A stretch of 64,000 nt of DNA from Candidatus Magasanikiibacteriota bacterium (GCA_943359595.1 CALRIA010000002.1:10417-74416); one strand, 5' to 3'. Positions 37,439 through 48,135 are shown, counted from the first letter of the stretch. The notes: generated by a model from the letters alone, not told the origin. Program-made: numbers and translations.

Positions 37439-39163
37439 ATGTTTTTGTTGTTTGCATCATTTGTCGCTGGCGTTTTGACAGTCCTTGCACCTTGCGTACT
37501 GCCTGTTTTACCGATAATTATCGGTGGCGCGGTTCAAAATCGTGAACGACGTAATCCGTATATTATTACAGGTTCATTGGCCGTGGCAGTGGTATTGTTT
37601 ACTTTACTATTAAAATTTAGCACTTTATTTGTAAATATTCCTTCCCAAGTATGGAGCATTACCTCCGGTGTTATTATTATATTTTTTGGTTTTATTACTA
37701 TTTTTCCAAATTTTTGGGATAGATTTAATTTTAAATTTGCTTTAAGCGCAAATTCGGATAAATTGCTTTTGCAATCTACGCGTCAAAGTGGACATTTAGG
37801 AGATATGCTCATCGGGTTGTCTTTGGGACCTGTATTTTCCAGCTGTTCACCAACATATTTTTTAATTTTAGCGACTGTTTTGCCACAAAGTTTGTCTAAA
37901 GGGATCTTAGATCTGGTTGCCTATGCTTTTGGGTTATCTTTAGTACTTTTATTAATTAGTCTTTTGGGGCAGAGGTTTGTCACATATGCTCGTTTTGCAG
38001 CTGATCCACGCGGTATTTTTAAACGTTCTTTGGGTGTTATGTTTGTTGTGATTGGCCTGATTATTTTTACCGGTACAGATAAACAGATTCAAGTATTTTT
38101 GGCGAATCATGGATGGTCAGGAGTATCTTCTGTTGAAGAAAAATTATTAAATAAATTACAACCGGTACAACCTAGTCCAAGTATAAAAATGGTAAAAAAT
38201 TTACCGCGTTATCGTGAAATTACCAACCCATCCGGTTTTATAAACGCCGATCCTTTTAAAATCGAAAATCTTATCGGCAAAAAAATAATTGTCGTAGATT
38301 TTATGACTTATAGTTGTATTAATTGTATTCGCACTTTTCCATATCTTAATGCTTGGTATAATAAATATCGTGATCAAGGTTTAGAAATTATTGGTATTCA
38401 TACACCAGAATTTTCTTTTGAAAAAAATATTGACAATGTGCGTAAAGCAATGCAAGGATTTGGAATTAAATTTCCAATAGTGTTGGATAATGATTATGGT
38501 ACGTGGAGTGCTTATGGTAATAGTTATTGGCCACGTAAATATATTATTGATATTGATGGGTATATCGCTTATGACCATATTGGTGAAGGTGGTGATGAAG
38601 AAACTGAACAAAAAATTCAGGAGCTTTTGGCCGAAAAAATGGCACGTGAAAATTTGGCAACTAGTAATGTCCCTGGTGGAGTGGTAAAAGTTACTAGCAC
38701 CCAACCAATTGAAGTGGGAAGCCCAGAAACATATTTTGGTGCTACTAGAAATGATTTTCTAGTTAATGGATTAACCGGAAAAATAGGACAACAAAAATTA
38801 ATTTTCCCTAGTAATATTAATTTGAATGAATTAAATCTAATGGGGGATTGGAATTTTGAAAAGGAATACGCTCAGACAATGACTAGTAACAATAAAGTGT
38901 TATATCGTTATAGTGCCAAAAGTGTTCACTTGGTTGCAAGTGCTGATAAGTTTAATAAAGTAGAAGTATTACGTGATGGCGCATCACTTACTAAAAACAT
39001 AGCTGGTAGCGATATTATTTTTGAAAATGGTAGAAGTTATTTGTTGGTTCGCGATAGTAAGCTGTATAATGTAATTAGTGATCAAGCTGGTGCCGGTGAA
39101 CATACTTTACAATTTATTATTGAATCTCCTGGAATCAAAGTTTTTACTTTTACTTTTGGTTAA
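37439..39163 (+). CDS. DipZ-like fusion: CcdA/DsbD transmembrane thiol-disulfide transporter + periplasmic thioredoxin (CxxC) + C-terminal beta-sandwich domain
   Basis: N-terminus LAPCVLPVLP (DsbD_2 family) with 6-8 TM helices. Thioredoxin fold with SCINC (CxxC). C-terminal domain of about 170 aa, as in mycobacterial DipZ. Confidence 0.65.
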   Translation: MFLLFASFVAGVLTVLAPCVLPVLPIIIGGAVQNRERRNPYIITGSLAVAVVLFTLLLKFSTLFVNIPSQVWSITSGVIIIFFGFITIFPNFWDRFNFKFALSANSDKLLLQSTRQSGHLGDMLIGLSLGPVFSSCSPTYFLILATVLPQSLSKGILDLVAYAFGLSLVLLLISLLGQRFVTYARFAADPRGIFKRSLGVMFVVIGLIIFTGTDKQIQVFLANHGWSGVSSVEEKLLNKLQPVQPSPSIKMVKNLPRYREITNPSGFINADPFKIENLIGKKIIVVDFMTYSCINCIRTFPYLNAWYNKYRDQGLEIIGIHTPEFSFEKNIDNVRKAMQGFGIKFPIVLDNDYGTWSAYGNSYWPRKYIIDIDGYIAYDHIGEGGDEETEQKIQELLAEKMARENLATSNVPGGVVKVTSTQPIEVGSPETYFGATRNDFLVNGLTGKIGQQKLIFPSNINLNELNLMGDWNFEKEYAQTMTSNNKVLYRYSAKSVHLVASADKFNKVEVLRDGASLTKNIAGSDIIFENGRSYLLVRDSKLYNVISDQAGAGEHTLQFIIESPGIKVFTFTFG

Positions 39164-39169
39164 AAATTT

Positions 39170-39532
39170 ATGCAATTAAACAAACTTTCGCCTGCAGAAG
39201 AACACATAATCGTAAATAAAGGGACAGAGATGCCGTTTAGTGGTGAATACAATGATTTTTTTGTGGAAGGCACCTATGTTTGCCGCCGTTGTAATACGCC
39301 GCTTTATACTTCAGATGCCAAATTTCATTCCGACTGTGGTTGGCCAAGTTTTGACCAAGAAATTCCAAGAGCAGTGAAACACACGCCTGATGCTGATGAT
39401 ATGCGCACGGAAATTACTTGTAATACTTGCGGAGCACATTTGGGGCATGTGTTTGTTGGTGAACATTTTACCCCTAAAGATACTCGTCATTGTGTAAATT
39501 CGTTGTCGTTAAAATTTATTCTCAAAAAATAA
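39170..39532 (+). CDS. msrB: Peptide methionine-R-sulfoxide reductase
   Basis: SelR domain: CRRCNTPLY...CGWPSF...[17 protein letters not shown]. Confidence 0.9.
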   Translation: MQLNKLSPAEEHIIVNKGTEMPFSGEYNDFFVEGTYVCRRCNTPLYTSDAKFHSDCGWPSFDQEIPRAVKHTPDADDMRTEITCNTCGAHLGHVFVGEHFTPKDTRHCVNSLSLKFILKK

Positions 39533-39533
39533 T

Positions 39534-40073
39534 ATGTCAAATTTTCAATCAGTGGTATTGGGTGGAGGTTGTTTCTGGTGCACAGAGACGGTATTCAAAC
39601 AATTGCGTGGGGTAGTATCTGTGGTGCCAGGTTATGCAGGTGGAGCAAAAATAAACCCGATCTATGAAGATGTTTGTACAGGTGACACAGGTCATGCCGA
39701 AGTAATAAAAATAGATTTTGATAGTGAACATATTTCTTTTGAAACACTGCTTGAAGTATTTTTTTCGGTGCATAATCCAACCACACTCAATGCTCAGGGT
39801 CATGATATTGGTACGCAATATCGCTCGGTTATATTTTTTAATAATCCAGAGCAGGAAAAAATTGCGCGGGCTAAAATAGCGCAACTCACTACTGAAGAGA
39901 TATATGCCGATCCAATAGTTACTCAAATTGTGCCGCTAATAAAATTTTATGAAGCTGAGGAATATCATCATGATTATTTTGCCAAAAATCCAGATCAAAC
40001 TTATTGCCAATTGGTCATCAATCCTAAATTAAAAAAGTTTAAAGAGAAATGGATGAAACTAATCAAAAATTAA
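39534..40073 (+). CDS. msrA: Peptide methionine-S-sulfoxide reductase
   Basis: GGGCFWCTE active-site motif. Confidence 0.9.
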   Translation: MSNFQSVVLGGGCFWCTETVFKQLRGVVSVVPGYAGGAKINPIYEDVCTGDTGHAEVIKIDFDSEHISFETLLEVFFSVHNPTTLNAQGHDIGTQYRSVIFFNNPEQEKIARAKIAQLTTEEIYADPIVTQIVPLIKFYEAEEYHHDYFAKNPDQTYCQLVINPKLKKFKEKWMKLIKN

Positions 40074-40085
40074 TATAATGTTTTT

Positions 40086-40559
40086 ATGTCTACTCTCAAA
40101 GTTGGCGATAATGCCCCAGAATTTAATTTACCAGATCAAGATGGGAAGATGCATGCTCTCAAAGATTGTGTCGGTAAATGGGTGTTGTTGTATTTCTATC
40201 CAAAGGATGATACTCCAGGTTGTACGACTGAAGCTTGTTCGTTGCGCGATAATTTTTCTAAATTAAAAAAGTTTAAAGTTCAAGTATTTGGCGTCAGTAC
40301 GGACTCAATAAAAAGCCATCGAAAATTTGTTGATAAATTCGATCTGCCGTTCACTTTGTTGTCTGATGAGAATAAAGAGTTGGTTAAAGCCTACGATGTG
40401 TATAAACCTAAAAAATTTATGGGGCGTGAATTTATGGGTACGATGCGGGATTCATTTTTGATTGACACAAATGGTAAAATTGCTAAAATATATGAAGGAG
40501 TAAAGCCAGCTGATCATATTGATGAAGTGTTAGCGGATTTATCTAGTTTGCAAAAATGA
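40086..40559 (+). CDS. bcp: Thiol peroxidase / peroxiredoxin Bcp
   Basis: YFYPKDDTPGCTTEAC (peroxidatic Cys) within an AhpC/TSA fold. Confidence 0.85.
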   Translation: MSTLKVGDNAPEFNLPDQDGKMHALKDCVGKWVLLYFYPKDDTPGCTTEACSLRDNFSKLKKFKVQVFGVSTDSIKSHRKFVDKFDLPFTLLSDENKELVKAYDVYKPKKFMGREFMGTMRDSFLIDTNGKIAKIYEGVKPADHIDEVLADLSSLQK

Positions 40560-40565
40560 TTATTT

Positions 40566-40979
40566 ATGAAAAGGTTTTGGTTTATTGTTTATCACACTTT
40601 TAATTTTACCATTTTTTTAAAAGCGATTAATGGTATCTTAGAAGTGTCTGGTGGTTTTGTATTATTAATGTTTGGTCATTCAGTGGAACGTTTGGTTTTG
40701 TCTTTTACTCAATATGAAATAATTGATTCTAGTCGTTATTTTATCTCTATTTACCTCCTGTTTCATGGTTTAATGAATCTTTTTTTGGTGGTTGCGCTTT
40801 GGAAGCGGCGTCAGTGGGCGTTTCCAGTGGCGATTGTCCTTTTTTTAATTTTCGTAACTTACCAATACTATCGTTTTTATCATAACCACTCCATAAATTT
40901 ACTTTTGGTCAGTATCTTGGATTCCTTTATTATCGTTTTGACACTATTGGAATATAAAAGATTACGACAAGTTAAGTAG
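40566..40979 (+). CDS. Hypothetical small membrane protein (4 TM)
   Basis: Hydrophobic segments only. No assignable family. Confidence 0.4.
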   Translation: MKRFWFIVYHTFNFTIFLKAINGILEVSGGFVLLMFGHSVERLVLSFTQYEIIDSSRYFISIYLLFHGLMNLFLVVALWKRRQWAFPVAIVLFLIFVTYQYYRFYHNHSINLLLVSILDSFIIVLTLLEYKRLRQVK

Positions 40980-41058
40980 TTTATTAAAGTCGCCAATTTG
41001 GCGATTTTTTGTTATAATAAATACTGAACAAAAGATTGGAAAATTTAAAAAATAATTT

Positions 41059-41481
41059 ATGTGGTTAATCTTTTCTTTGTTATCGGCTGTCACTGCCGCC
41101 GCTGTGGCAATTTTTGCCAAATTAGGCTTAAAAAATATTGATACGATTTTGTCCACTACTATTCGTTCTATCATTATGGCGTTATTTTTAGTTTTAACCA
41201 GTGTGTTGTTTGGAAAATTTAGGGGTTTTAATTTCCAAGCATTAAATAATCGGGATTGGTTGTTAATAGTTTTGGCTGGTGTATCTGGAGCTTTGTCCTG
41301 GTTATTTTATTTCTTTGCTTTAAAAGTTGGATTGGCCTCCAGGGTAGCCACAATTGATCGTCTTAGTCTGGTCTTTGTGATTATTTTAGCTAGCTTATTT
41401 TTGGGTGAAGCACTGACTTGGCGTACTATAATAGGAGCTTTAGTTATGGTATCTGGAGCCATAATAATCAATATTAAATAG
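41059..41481 (+). CDS. EamA/DMT-family small transporter (single EamA domain)
   Basis: 140 aa with four TM helices. AIFAKLGLKNID and GALSWLFYFFALKVG are typical EamA helices. Confidence 0.55.
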   Translation: MWLIFSLLSAVTAAAVAIFAKLGLKNIDTILSTTIRSIIMALFLVLTSVLFGKFRGFNFQALNNRDWLLIVLAGVSGALSWLFYFFALKVGLASRVATIDRLSLVFVIILASLFLGEALTWRTIIGALVMVSGAIIINIK

Positions 41482-41566
41482 TGAAGAAGTAACATAAGGT
41501 CCTTTTTTTCGTCTACATTAGTGAACATGCCCAAAAAAGCATGTATAATGAGTTTTATCAACAAAT

Positions 41567-43327
41567 ATGAAACAACTAACGAGAGAAACCATACAAATTT
41601 ATTGGCAGCATGCTAAACAATATAAAATGCTATTATTTTTGACGATTATTGGTACTGTTTTTACGGCTATTACCAATACAATCGGACCTCTTTATATTAA
41701 ACAGATTTTGGATTTAGTAGCGGAAAATAATGTAAATCGAGTAGTTAGTCCTGAAATATTAACAGCATTATCGATGTTTGCTTTGGTGAGTTTTGGTCAG
41801 TGGTTGAGTTGGCGAGTGGCGACTACGGCAGTGATTCAATACGAATCTAAAGTTTTAAGCGATTTGGCAAATACTTGTTTTCAATATCTACACAAACATT
41901 CTTTTGGTTTTTTTAATGATAATTTTGTTGGTTCATTGGTAAGAAGGGTCGGCAGATTTGTGCGCGCCTTTGAAGATATCAATGATAAAATTATATTCAA
42001 TGTTTTGACACTTGTTTTAAATACCGCAATCGTCGTGGTGATTTTAGCTTTGCGCAATATAATTTTAGGATTGGTGATGTTCTTGTGGGTGATAGTTTTT
42101 GTGGTGATCAACATAGTAGTTGCTAAATATAAATTAAAATATGATGTTGAACGCAGTGAAGCTGATACTAAAATTGGTGCGCACTTGGCGGACACGATTA
42201 CTAACAATGTAAATATTAAATTGTTTGTTGGTTTTGACAAGGAAGTTAAAACGCATAAGGAGTTGAACAAAGACCTGTTGAAGAAAAGATTAAAAACATG
42301 GAACTTGAATAACATCTTTGAAGCTATTCAAGGTATTTTGGGTATTATTTTGGAAGTAATGCTTTTTTATATTGCGATAAAATTATGGAATCAGGGACGT
42401 TTGACAGTCGGTGATTTTGTATTGATTCAATCATATATCGTGGTTATTTTAAATCGAGTTTGGGATTTTGGTAATGTGGTGCGTAGAATTTATGAAAGTT
42501 TGGCTGACGCACAGGAAATGACTGAAATATTAAAAAAACCTCATGAAGTACAGGATGTTCTTATGGCCAAGGATTTGCGAGTCACTGCTGGGGAGGTTGA
42601 ATTTAAAGATGTAGTATTTAACTATCGGGCAACTAGAACAATTTTAAAGAAGTTCAATCTGCAAATACACAGTGGAGAAAAGGTAGCTTTGGTAGGGCCG
42701 TCCGGTGCTGGAAAATCTACTTTGGTAAAGTTGCTTTTGCGCATGCACGATGTCTCGGGCGGAAAAATTTTTATTGATGGACAGAATATTTCTAAAGTGT
42801 CTCAAGAAAGTTTGTGGAAAAATATTTCACTTGTTCCTCAAGATCCGATTCTATTTCACCGTACTTTGCGTGAAAATATTCGCTATGGACGACTTGACGC
42901 GACTGACGAAGAAGTGGAAAAAGCAGCGAAGCTGGCACACTGTCATGAATTTATATCTGATCTGGAAAAAGGGTATAATACCTTTGTGGGGGAGCGTGGT
43001 GTCAAATTGTCTGGTGGCGAGCGTCAACGCGTAGCGATTGCACGAGCAATATTGAAAAATGCTCCAATCCTATTTTTGGATGAGGCGACTTCTAGTCTGG
43101 ATTCACAATCCGAACACTTTATTCAAGAAGCCCTCAAAATTCTGATGACGGGAAAAACTGTGATTATGATTGCTCATCGTTTATCTACTATTATGAGCGC
43201 GGATAGAATATTAGTGATAGATCACGGTGTAGTAGTAGAAAATGGAAGCCATAAAGAGTTACTCAGAAAGAAGAGTGGACTGTACAAGAAACTTTGGGAT
43301 TTGCAGGCAGGTGGTTTTATAAAGTAA
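41567..43327 (+). CDS. ABC exporter, fused permease + ATPase (MsbA-like)
   Basis: Six-TM N-terminal domain, Walker A GPSGAGKST, signature LSGGERQRVAIARA and Walker B ILFLDEATSSLD. Confidence 0.85.
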   Translation: MKQLTRETIQIYWQHAKQYKMLLFLTIIGTVFTAITNTIGPLYIKQILDLVAENNVNRVVSPEILTALSMFALVSFGQWLSWRVATTAVIQYESKVLSDLANTCFQYLHKHSFGFFNDNFVGSLVRRVGRFVRAFEDINDKIIFNVLTLVLNTAIVVVILALRNIILGLVMFLWVIVFVVINIVVAKYKLKYDVERSEADTKIGAHLADTITNNVNIKLFVGFDKEVKTHKELNKDLLKKRLKTWNLNNIFEAIQGILGIILEVMLFYIAIKLWNQGRLTVGDFVLIQSYIVVILNRVWDFGNVVRRIYESLADAQEMTEILKKPHEVQDVLMAKDLRVTAGEVEFKDVVFNYRATRTILKKFNLQIHSGEKVALVGPSGAGKSTLVKLLLRMHDVSGGKIFIDGQNISKVSQESLWKNISLVPQDPILFHRTLRENIRYGRLDATDEEVEKAAKLAHCHEFISDLEKGYNTFVGERGVKLSGGERQRVAIARAILKNAPILFLDEATSSLDSQSEHFIQEALKILMTGKTVIMIAHRLSTIMSADRILVIDHGVVVENGSHKELLRKKSGLYKKLWDLQAGGFIK

Positions 43328-43346
43328 ATAAAAAAATTTAATCCAA

Positions 43347-44141
43347 ATGTTTACATCCGAAATATTGGGAGTAAAAATTGATAATTTGACTGCAGATGAA
43401 GCGGTGTTAAAAGCGCGTAATTTGTTGTATAACAATAAACAAAATTTTATTTTTACACCAAATCCAGAAATGCTGGTTGATGCTCAAGCAGATGAATATT
43501 TTAGAACAGTTTTAAATTCTGGAGATTTGAATATAAACGATGGCTTTGGAGTTAGTTTGGTAACACTAGGTAAAATCAAACGAATTACAGGAATAGATTT
43601 TGTATATCGACTTTGTGAATTGGCCCAAAAAGAAAATAAAAGTGTATATTTGCTTGGCTCTGGTTCGAAAGAAGTTTTAAAAAAAACCGTAGATAATCTA
43701 AAACTACAATTTCCTCAATTAAAAATAGCCGGTTTTAATCCAGGGCCACAAATAGATTTTTTAAAGGTAGAAGATAAAAAAACCATCATCCCAGAACAAA
43801 ATGCGAATGATCAAGCAATACATGAGATTATTATGTCCGCTCCGGATATTTTATTAGTAGCCTTTGGCCATAATAAGCAGGAAAAGTGGATCTATGAAAA
43901 TATTAAAAACCTGCCCTCAGTAAATATTGCTATGGGTGTAGGAGGATCTTTTGATTTTATTGCTGGATTTAACAATCTTGGACAAACGGTGAAACGAGCC
44001 CCTTGTTTTGTGCGTAAGATTGGGTTAGAATGGCTTTATCGTCTATTTAGGCAGCCAGGTCGTTTTTTTAGAATTTGGAAGGCGATCGTGGTATTTGTTA
44101 ATCTGTATATTTATAAGAAGTATAAAAATAAAGCTTTATGA
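43347..44141 (+). CDS. WecB/TagA/CpsF-family glycosyltransferase
   Basis: ILGVKIDNLTADEAV...IFTPNPEMLV...GFGVSLV is typical of the Glyco_tran_WecB family. Confidence 0.7.
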   Translation: MFTSEILGVKIDNLTADEAVLKARNLLYNNKQNFIFTPNPEMLVDAQADEYFRTVLNSGDLNINDGFGVSLVTLGKIKRITGIDFVYRLCELAQKENKSVYLLGSGSKEVLKKTVDNLKLQFPQLKIAGFNPGPQIDFLKVEDKKTIIPEQNANDQAIHEIIMSAPDILLVAFGHNKQEKWIYENIKNLPSVNIAMGVGGSFDFIAGFNNLGQTVKRAPCFVRKIGLEWLYRLFRQPGRFFRIWKAIVVFVNLYIYKKYKNKAL

Positions 44142-45616
44142 TGGTACGTACTCGTTTTGCCCCAAGCCCAACCGGTCATTTGCATGTTGGTGGTTTGAGA
44201 ACAGCTCTATATGCCTATTTAATAGCCAAACAAAATGGCGGTAAATTTTTGTTACGCATTGAAGATACTGATCAAAAAAGATTTGTAGAAGGTAGTATTG
44301 AAAATATCATAAATTCCTTAAAATGGGCTGGTTTGGATGTGGACGAGGGTGTTCAGCTAAACGCTGATGGTAAAGTAATACAAGTGGGGGATAAGGGGCC
44401 ATATATTCAATCTCAACGGTTGGGTATCTATAAAAAATATTCTAAACAGCTTTTGGACGATGGTCATGCCTATCATTGTTTTTGTACAGCGGAGCGCTTG
44501 GAAGATCTCAAAAATTATCAGCAAGCAAATAAATTACCAACTGGCTATGATAAGCAATGTCGCAGTCTAGATCAAGGTGAAGCACAAAATCGTGTTGAAG
44601 CTGGTGAGGTACATGTTTTGCGTTTAAAAATGCCTATAGCTGGTGAAACAACATTTGTTGATCTAATCCGTGGAGAAGTAACCTTTAAAAATGAACTGAT
44701 TGATGATCAAGTAATTATCAAAGCCGATGGTTTTCCTACTTATCATTTTGCGGTAGTAGTTGATGATCATTTTATGGAGATTACCAACGTAATTCGTGGA
44801 GATGAGTGGTTGAGTAGTACTCCAAAACATTTACAAATTTATAAATATTTTAATTGGGAAGCACCACAAATGACGCATCTTCCACTATTATTAAATCCAG
44901 ATAAAAGTAAGTTGAGTAAGCGTCAAGGTGATGTAGCGGTAGAGGATTATATTAACAAAGGTTACCTTCCAGAAGCGATGATTAACTTTGTGGCTTTTTT
45001 GGGTTGGAATCCTGGTACTGAACAAGAGATTTTTTCTTTAGAAGAACTAGTAAAAGAGTTCAAAATGGAAAAAATAAATAAATCCGGTGCCGTGTTTAAT
45101 TTAGAAAAGTTGGATTGGTATAATCAGCAATATTTAAAGAATTTGAAAAATGAAGAGTTGGTGGAGGTGTGTTTGCCATGGCTGGTTAAAGCTGGGTTGG
45201 TTACGGGTAATGAAGACAAACAGTGGTTAGCGGCCGCTTTAGAATTGGAAAAGGAGAGAGTTAAAACTTTGGCTGAATTGCCAGAGGCTTTGAAATTCTT
45301 ATTTGTTATTCCAGAATATGACGGCCAAATTTTGATTTGGAAGAAAGGTTCTGTGGATGAAGTTAAGAAAGTTTTGCCAGCATTAGCTGAATTTATGGAT
45401 ACAATAAGTGTCCAAGACTGGAATAAGGATAAAATGCAAATCTTGGTAGGGGGGTGGACTACAAAAAATGAATTCTCCAATGGTAGTGTGTTGTGGCCTT
45501 TGAGAGTCTCATTATCTGGCCAACAAAATTCTCCTGGACCATTTGAAATTGCTGAAGTTTTGGGTAAAGATAAATCAATTAAAAGAATTAAACTGGCAAT
45601 CGGTAAATTGTCATAA
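44138..45616 (+). CDS. gltX: Glutamyl-tRNA synthetase
   Basis: HIGH (PSPTGHLHVGG) and KMSKS-like (KLSKR) motifs of class I GluRS. Confidence 0.9.
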   Translation: MMVRTRFAPSPTGHLHVGGLRTALYAYLIAKQNGGKFLLRIEDTDQKRFVEGSIENIINSLKWAGLDVDEGVQLNADGKVIQVGDKGPYIQSQRLGIYKKYSKQLLDDGHAYHCFCTAERLEDLKNYQQANKLPTGYDKQCRSLDQGEAQNRVEAGEVHVLRLKMPIAGETTFVDLIRGEVTFKNELIDDQVIIKADGFPTYHFAVVVDDHFMEITNVIRGDEWLSSTPKHLQIYKYFNWEAPQMTHLPLLLNPDKSKLSKRQGDVAVEDYINKGYLPEAMINFVAFLGWNPGTEQEIFSLEELVKEFKMEKINKSGAVFNLEKLDWYNQQYLKNLKNEELVEVCLPWLVKAGLVTGNEDKQWLAAALELEKERVKTLAELPEALKFLFVIPEYDGQILIWKKGSVDEVKKVLPALAEFMDTISVQDWNKDKMQILVGGWTTKNEFSNGSVLWPLRVSLSGQQNSPGPFEIAEVLGKDKSIKRIKLAIGKLS

Positions 45617-45657
45617 ATAGCTCCGATGTATTTATTTTTTGGCCAGATTGATCTAAG

Positions 45658-45684
45658 TTGAACAGCAGATGTTCAACTTTTTTC
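45658..45684 (+). terminator. Rho-independent terminator after gltX
   Basis: gttgaaca-gcaga-tgttcaac followed by T6. Confidence 0.6.
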
Positions 45685-45706
45685 ATTTATATGATATAAT
45701 TTTAGC

Positions 45707-46930
45707 ATGCTAAAAATTTCAAAACTATTAATTTTATTGGTTATCTTTGGGTGTATTTTCTCTACCCATATTTTTGTATTGGCCGCTGATGTTGCCACTG
45801 AAATTGATCAGCTCAACAAACAGATCGATACACGTAAAGACAAAATCAAAGAATTAGAGAATACAATTGCTAAATATAAAATTAATATTGATAAAAAAAG
45901 TACTGAAGCAGTTTCTTTAAAAAATCAGATGAGTATTATCGACAATCGGATTGCTCAGGCAGAGGCTGATGTTAGTTTGACTACTGAAAAACTTGGTAAA
46001 ACAAAATTAGAAATTGAAGCATTAAATATTTCTATTGCTCAGAAGCAAGCAACAATTAATAAACAAAAGAAAATAGTTTCTAAAATTATCCAAAATTTAC
46101 ATGCTAACGACCAAAAGAATTTTTTAGAAATCATGTTAACCAATGATAATTTTGCTGATTTTTATAATCAGGCAAAATATTTAGAAAATATTTATACTGA
46201 TCTAGGCCGTTCTGTAAAACAGGTGAGATTAATCAAAGAAGATTTGGATAAGAAAAAATCTCAAGCCGAGGAGCGCCGTAAAATTTACGATGATTTATTG
46301 GTACAATTAGAAAATAAGAAGAAAGATTTAAATGAGCAGATGGGTAGCAAACAAACTTTATTGGTAGAAACAAAATCTTCAGAATTAAAATTTAGAACTC
46401 TTCTCGATAGTTTACGCCAACAATACAAAGCGGTAGAAAATGAAGTTTCTTCTTATGAAGATCAGGTGCGCAAGAAATTGGCCGATCAAGATCGTTTCAA
46501 AAATATGCCAGCTAAATTGGGCGAGTTTGATTGGCCGGTTGTAAGCCGGTACGTTACCGCACGTTTTCATGATCCAGATTATCCGTTTAGACGAGTTTTT
46601 GAACATAGTGGTACCGATATTCGTGCTTCGCAAGGATCGCCAGTGAGAGCGGCTAATTCTGGCTATGTGGGACGTGCTAAACGGTGTACTCTCGCTAGTT
46701 GTTATAGCTATATCTTATTGATTCATAATGGTAATTTATCGACTGTTTATGGTCATTTGAGTAAAATTTTGATAACTGAGGACCAATATGTAAATAAAGG
46801 AGACCTTATCGGTTTATCAGGTGGTACACCAGGAATGGTTGGCTCTGGCCCGTTTGTAACTGGTGCTCATTTGCATTTTGAGGTACGATTAAATGGTATT
46901 CCGGTTGATGGTATGAATTATTTACCTTAA
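45707..46930 (+). CDS. Secreted M23-family peptidoglycan endopeptidase with N-terminal coiled-coil (EnvC-like)
   Basis: Signal/TM N-terminus, a long heptad-rich region, and M23 motifs HSGTDIRA ... HLHFEVRLNG. Confidence 0.8.
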   Translation: MLKISKLLILLVIFGCIFSTHIFVLAADVATEIDQLNKQIDTRKDKIKELENTIAKYKINIDKKSTEAVSLKNQMSIIDNRIAQAEADVSLTTEKLGKTKLEIEALNISIAQKQATINKQKKIVSKIIQNLHANDQKNFLEIMLTNDNFADFYNQAKYLENIYTDLGRSVKQVRLIKEDLDKKKSQAEERRKIYDDLLVQLENKKKDLNEQMGSKQTLLVETKSSELKFRTLLDSLRQQYKAVENEVSSYEDQVRKKLADQDRFKNMPAKLGEFDWPVVSRYVTARFHDPDYPFRRVFEHSGTDIRASQGSPVRAANSGYVGRAKRCTLASCYSYILLIHNGNLSTVYGHLSKILITEDQYVNKGDLIGLSGGTPGMVGSGPFVTGAHLHFEVRLNGIPVDGMNYLP

Positions 46931-46950
46931 AAAGAAATAATATTATTTTT

Positions 46951-47931
46951 ATGAAAAAGATTAAAATTGGAGTTTTGTATGGTGGACCATCATCGGAACG
47001 TGAGATTTCTTTACTGACTGGTAAGGCGGTTTTTGACAATCTTGATCGTTCCAAATATGTACCGACCTTGATCGAAATGACTAAAGATAATAAATTTGTT
47101 TTAATAAGTAAAAATAAAAAACGAGTAGTAGATTTTATAAATAAAGATCATAAATTATTTGATTTAATTTTTATTGCTTTACACGGTTCGCCCGGTGAAG
47201 ATGGGGCGGTGCAGGGAATGTTTGAAACATTGGGTATAAAATATACTGGACCAAATACTTTGAGTAGCGCGTTGTGTATGAATAAAATATATTCTGGCTT
47301 AATGTATCAAGTATGGAAATTACCACATCCAGAATTCATTGACATTAGTGCCAAATATTGGAAAAAATATAAAAAAGAAATTTTACGAGCCATTAGTGAT
47401 AAAGTTGGTTATCCGTGTGTTGTAAAACCAGTGGATCAGGGCTCAGCGGTTGGCGTGTCTATTATAAAAACCGAAAATAATTTGGTAAAAGCAATAAACA
47501 AAACTATTAAAAAATTTCCTTGGCTTTTGGCTCAAAGATTTGTTAAAGGCCAAGAAGCTACTTGTGGAGTTTTGGAGAAAAAAGGTGAGGCGTTTGCTTT
47601 GTCACCAACTCATATTTTGCCACAAAAGGGGAAATTTTATGATTATAAATCAAAGTATTCAATAGGTGGATCCAAACATATTTGTCCGGCAGATTTTCCA
47701 GAAGAAATAAATAAACAGATGCAAGATTATGCAGTAAAGGCTCACTTGGCTTTAAGCTGTAGTGGTATGAGTCGTACAGATTTATTTTATGGTGATGATG
47801 GTAAAGTATATATCATTGAAACCAATACTATACCTGGCATGACGGCTACCAGCTTGTTTCCAGAGGCGGCGGCTAAAGATGGAATTACCTTTGTTAAGAT
47901 GTTGGATTTGATAATTGAATCTGTAAAATAA
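46951..47931 (+). CDS. ddl: D-alanine--D-alanine ligase
   Basis: IGVLYGGPSSEREISLLTG, IALHGSPGEDGAVQGMFE and an ATP-grasp C-terminus. Confidence 0.85.
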   Translation: MKKIKIGVLYGGPSSEREISLLTGKAVFDNLDRSKYVPTLIEMTKDNKFVLISKNKKRVVDFINKDHKLFDLIFIALHGSPGEDGAVQGMFETLGIKYTGPNTLSSALCMNKIYSGLMYQVWKLPHPEFIDISAKYWKKYKKEILRAISDKVGYPCVVKPVDQGSAVGVSIIKTENNLVKAINKTIKKFPWLLAQRFVKGQEATCGVLEKKGEAFALSPTHILPQKGKFYDYKSKYSIGGSKHICPADFPEEINKQMQDYAVKAHLALSCSGMSRTDLFYGDDGKVYIIETNTIPGMTATSLFPEAAAKDGITFVKMLDLIIESVK

Positions 47932-48018
47932 GAGCTGTTTTTATTGACTTTTTGGACAATATAAGCTACCATTTTGGAGGTTGTTTTCTTGGGCAATTAT
48001 GCCATTTTTAAGGAAGTC

Positions 48019-48135
48019 ATGTCAAAAAATAATGATCTTAATGGTCCAATTGCGCCAAACGTGTGGAAACCGCAGTTGGTTCCGCTTAATGAACCACTGC
48101 CCAAACCGAAGAAGAAGAAAAATAAAAAACGCTAG
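48019..48135 (+). CDS. Possible small Lys-rich ORF (38 aa; 48 aa if started from the TTG at 47989)
   Basis: MSKNNDLNGPIAPNVWKPQLVPLNEPLPKPKKKKNKKR. GGAGG is 8 nt before the TTG, and aaggaag precedes the ATG. This is speculative. Confidence 0.2.
   Translation: MSKNNDLNGPIAPNVWKPQLVPLNEPLPKPKKKKNKKR

Noticed and set aside
45692-45707. Possible leaderless transcript for the M23 peptidase gene (tgatataat ending 7 nt before the ATG)
   Set aside because: The spacing is compatible, but no -35 element is visible. This single observation is too weak to report as a feature.
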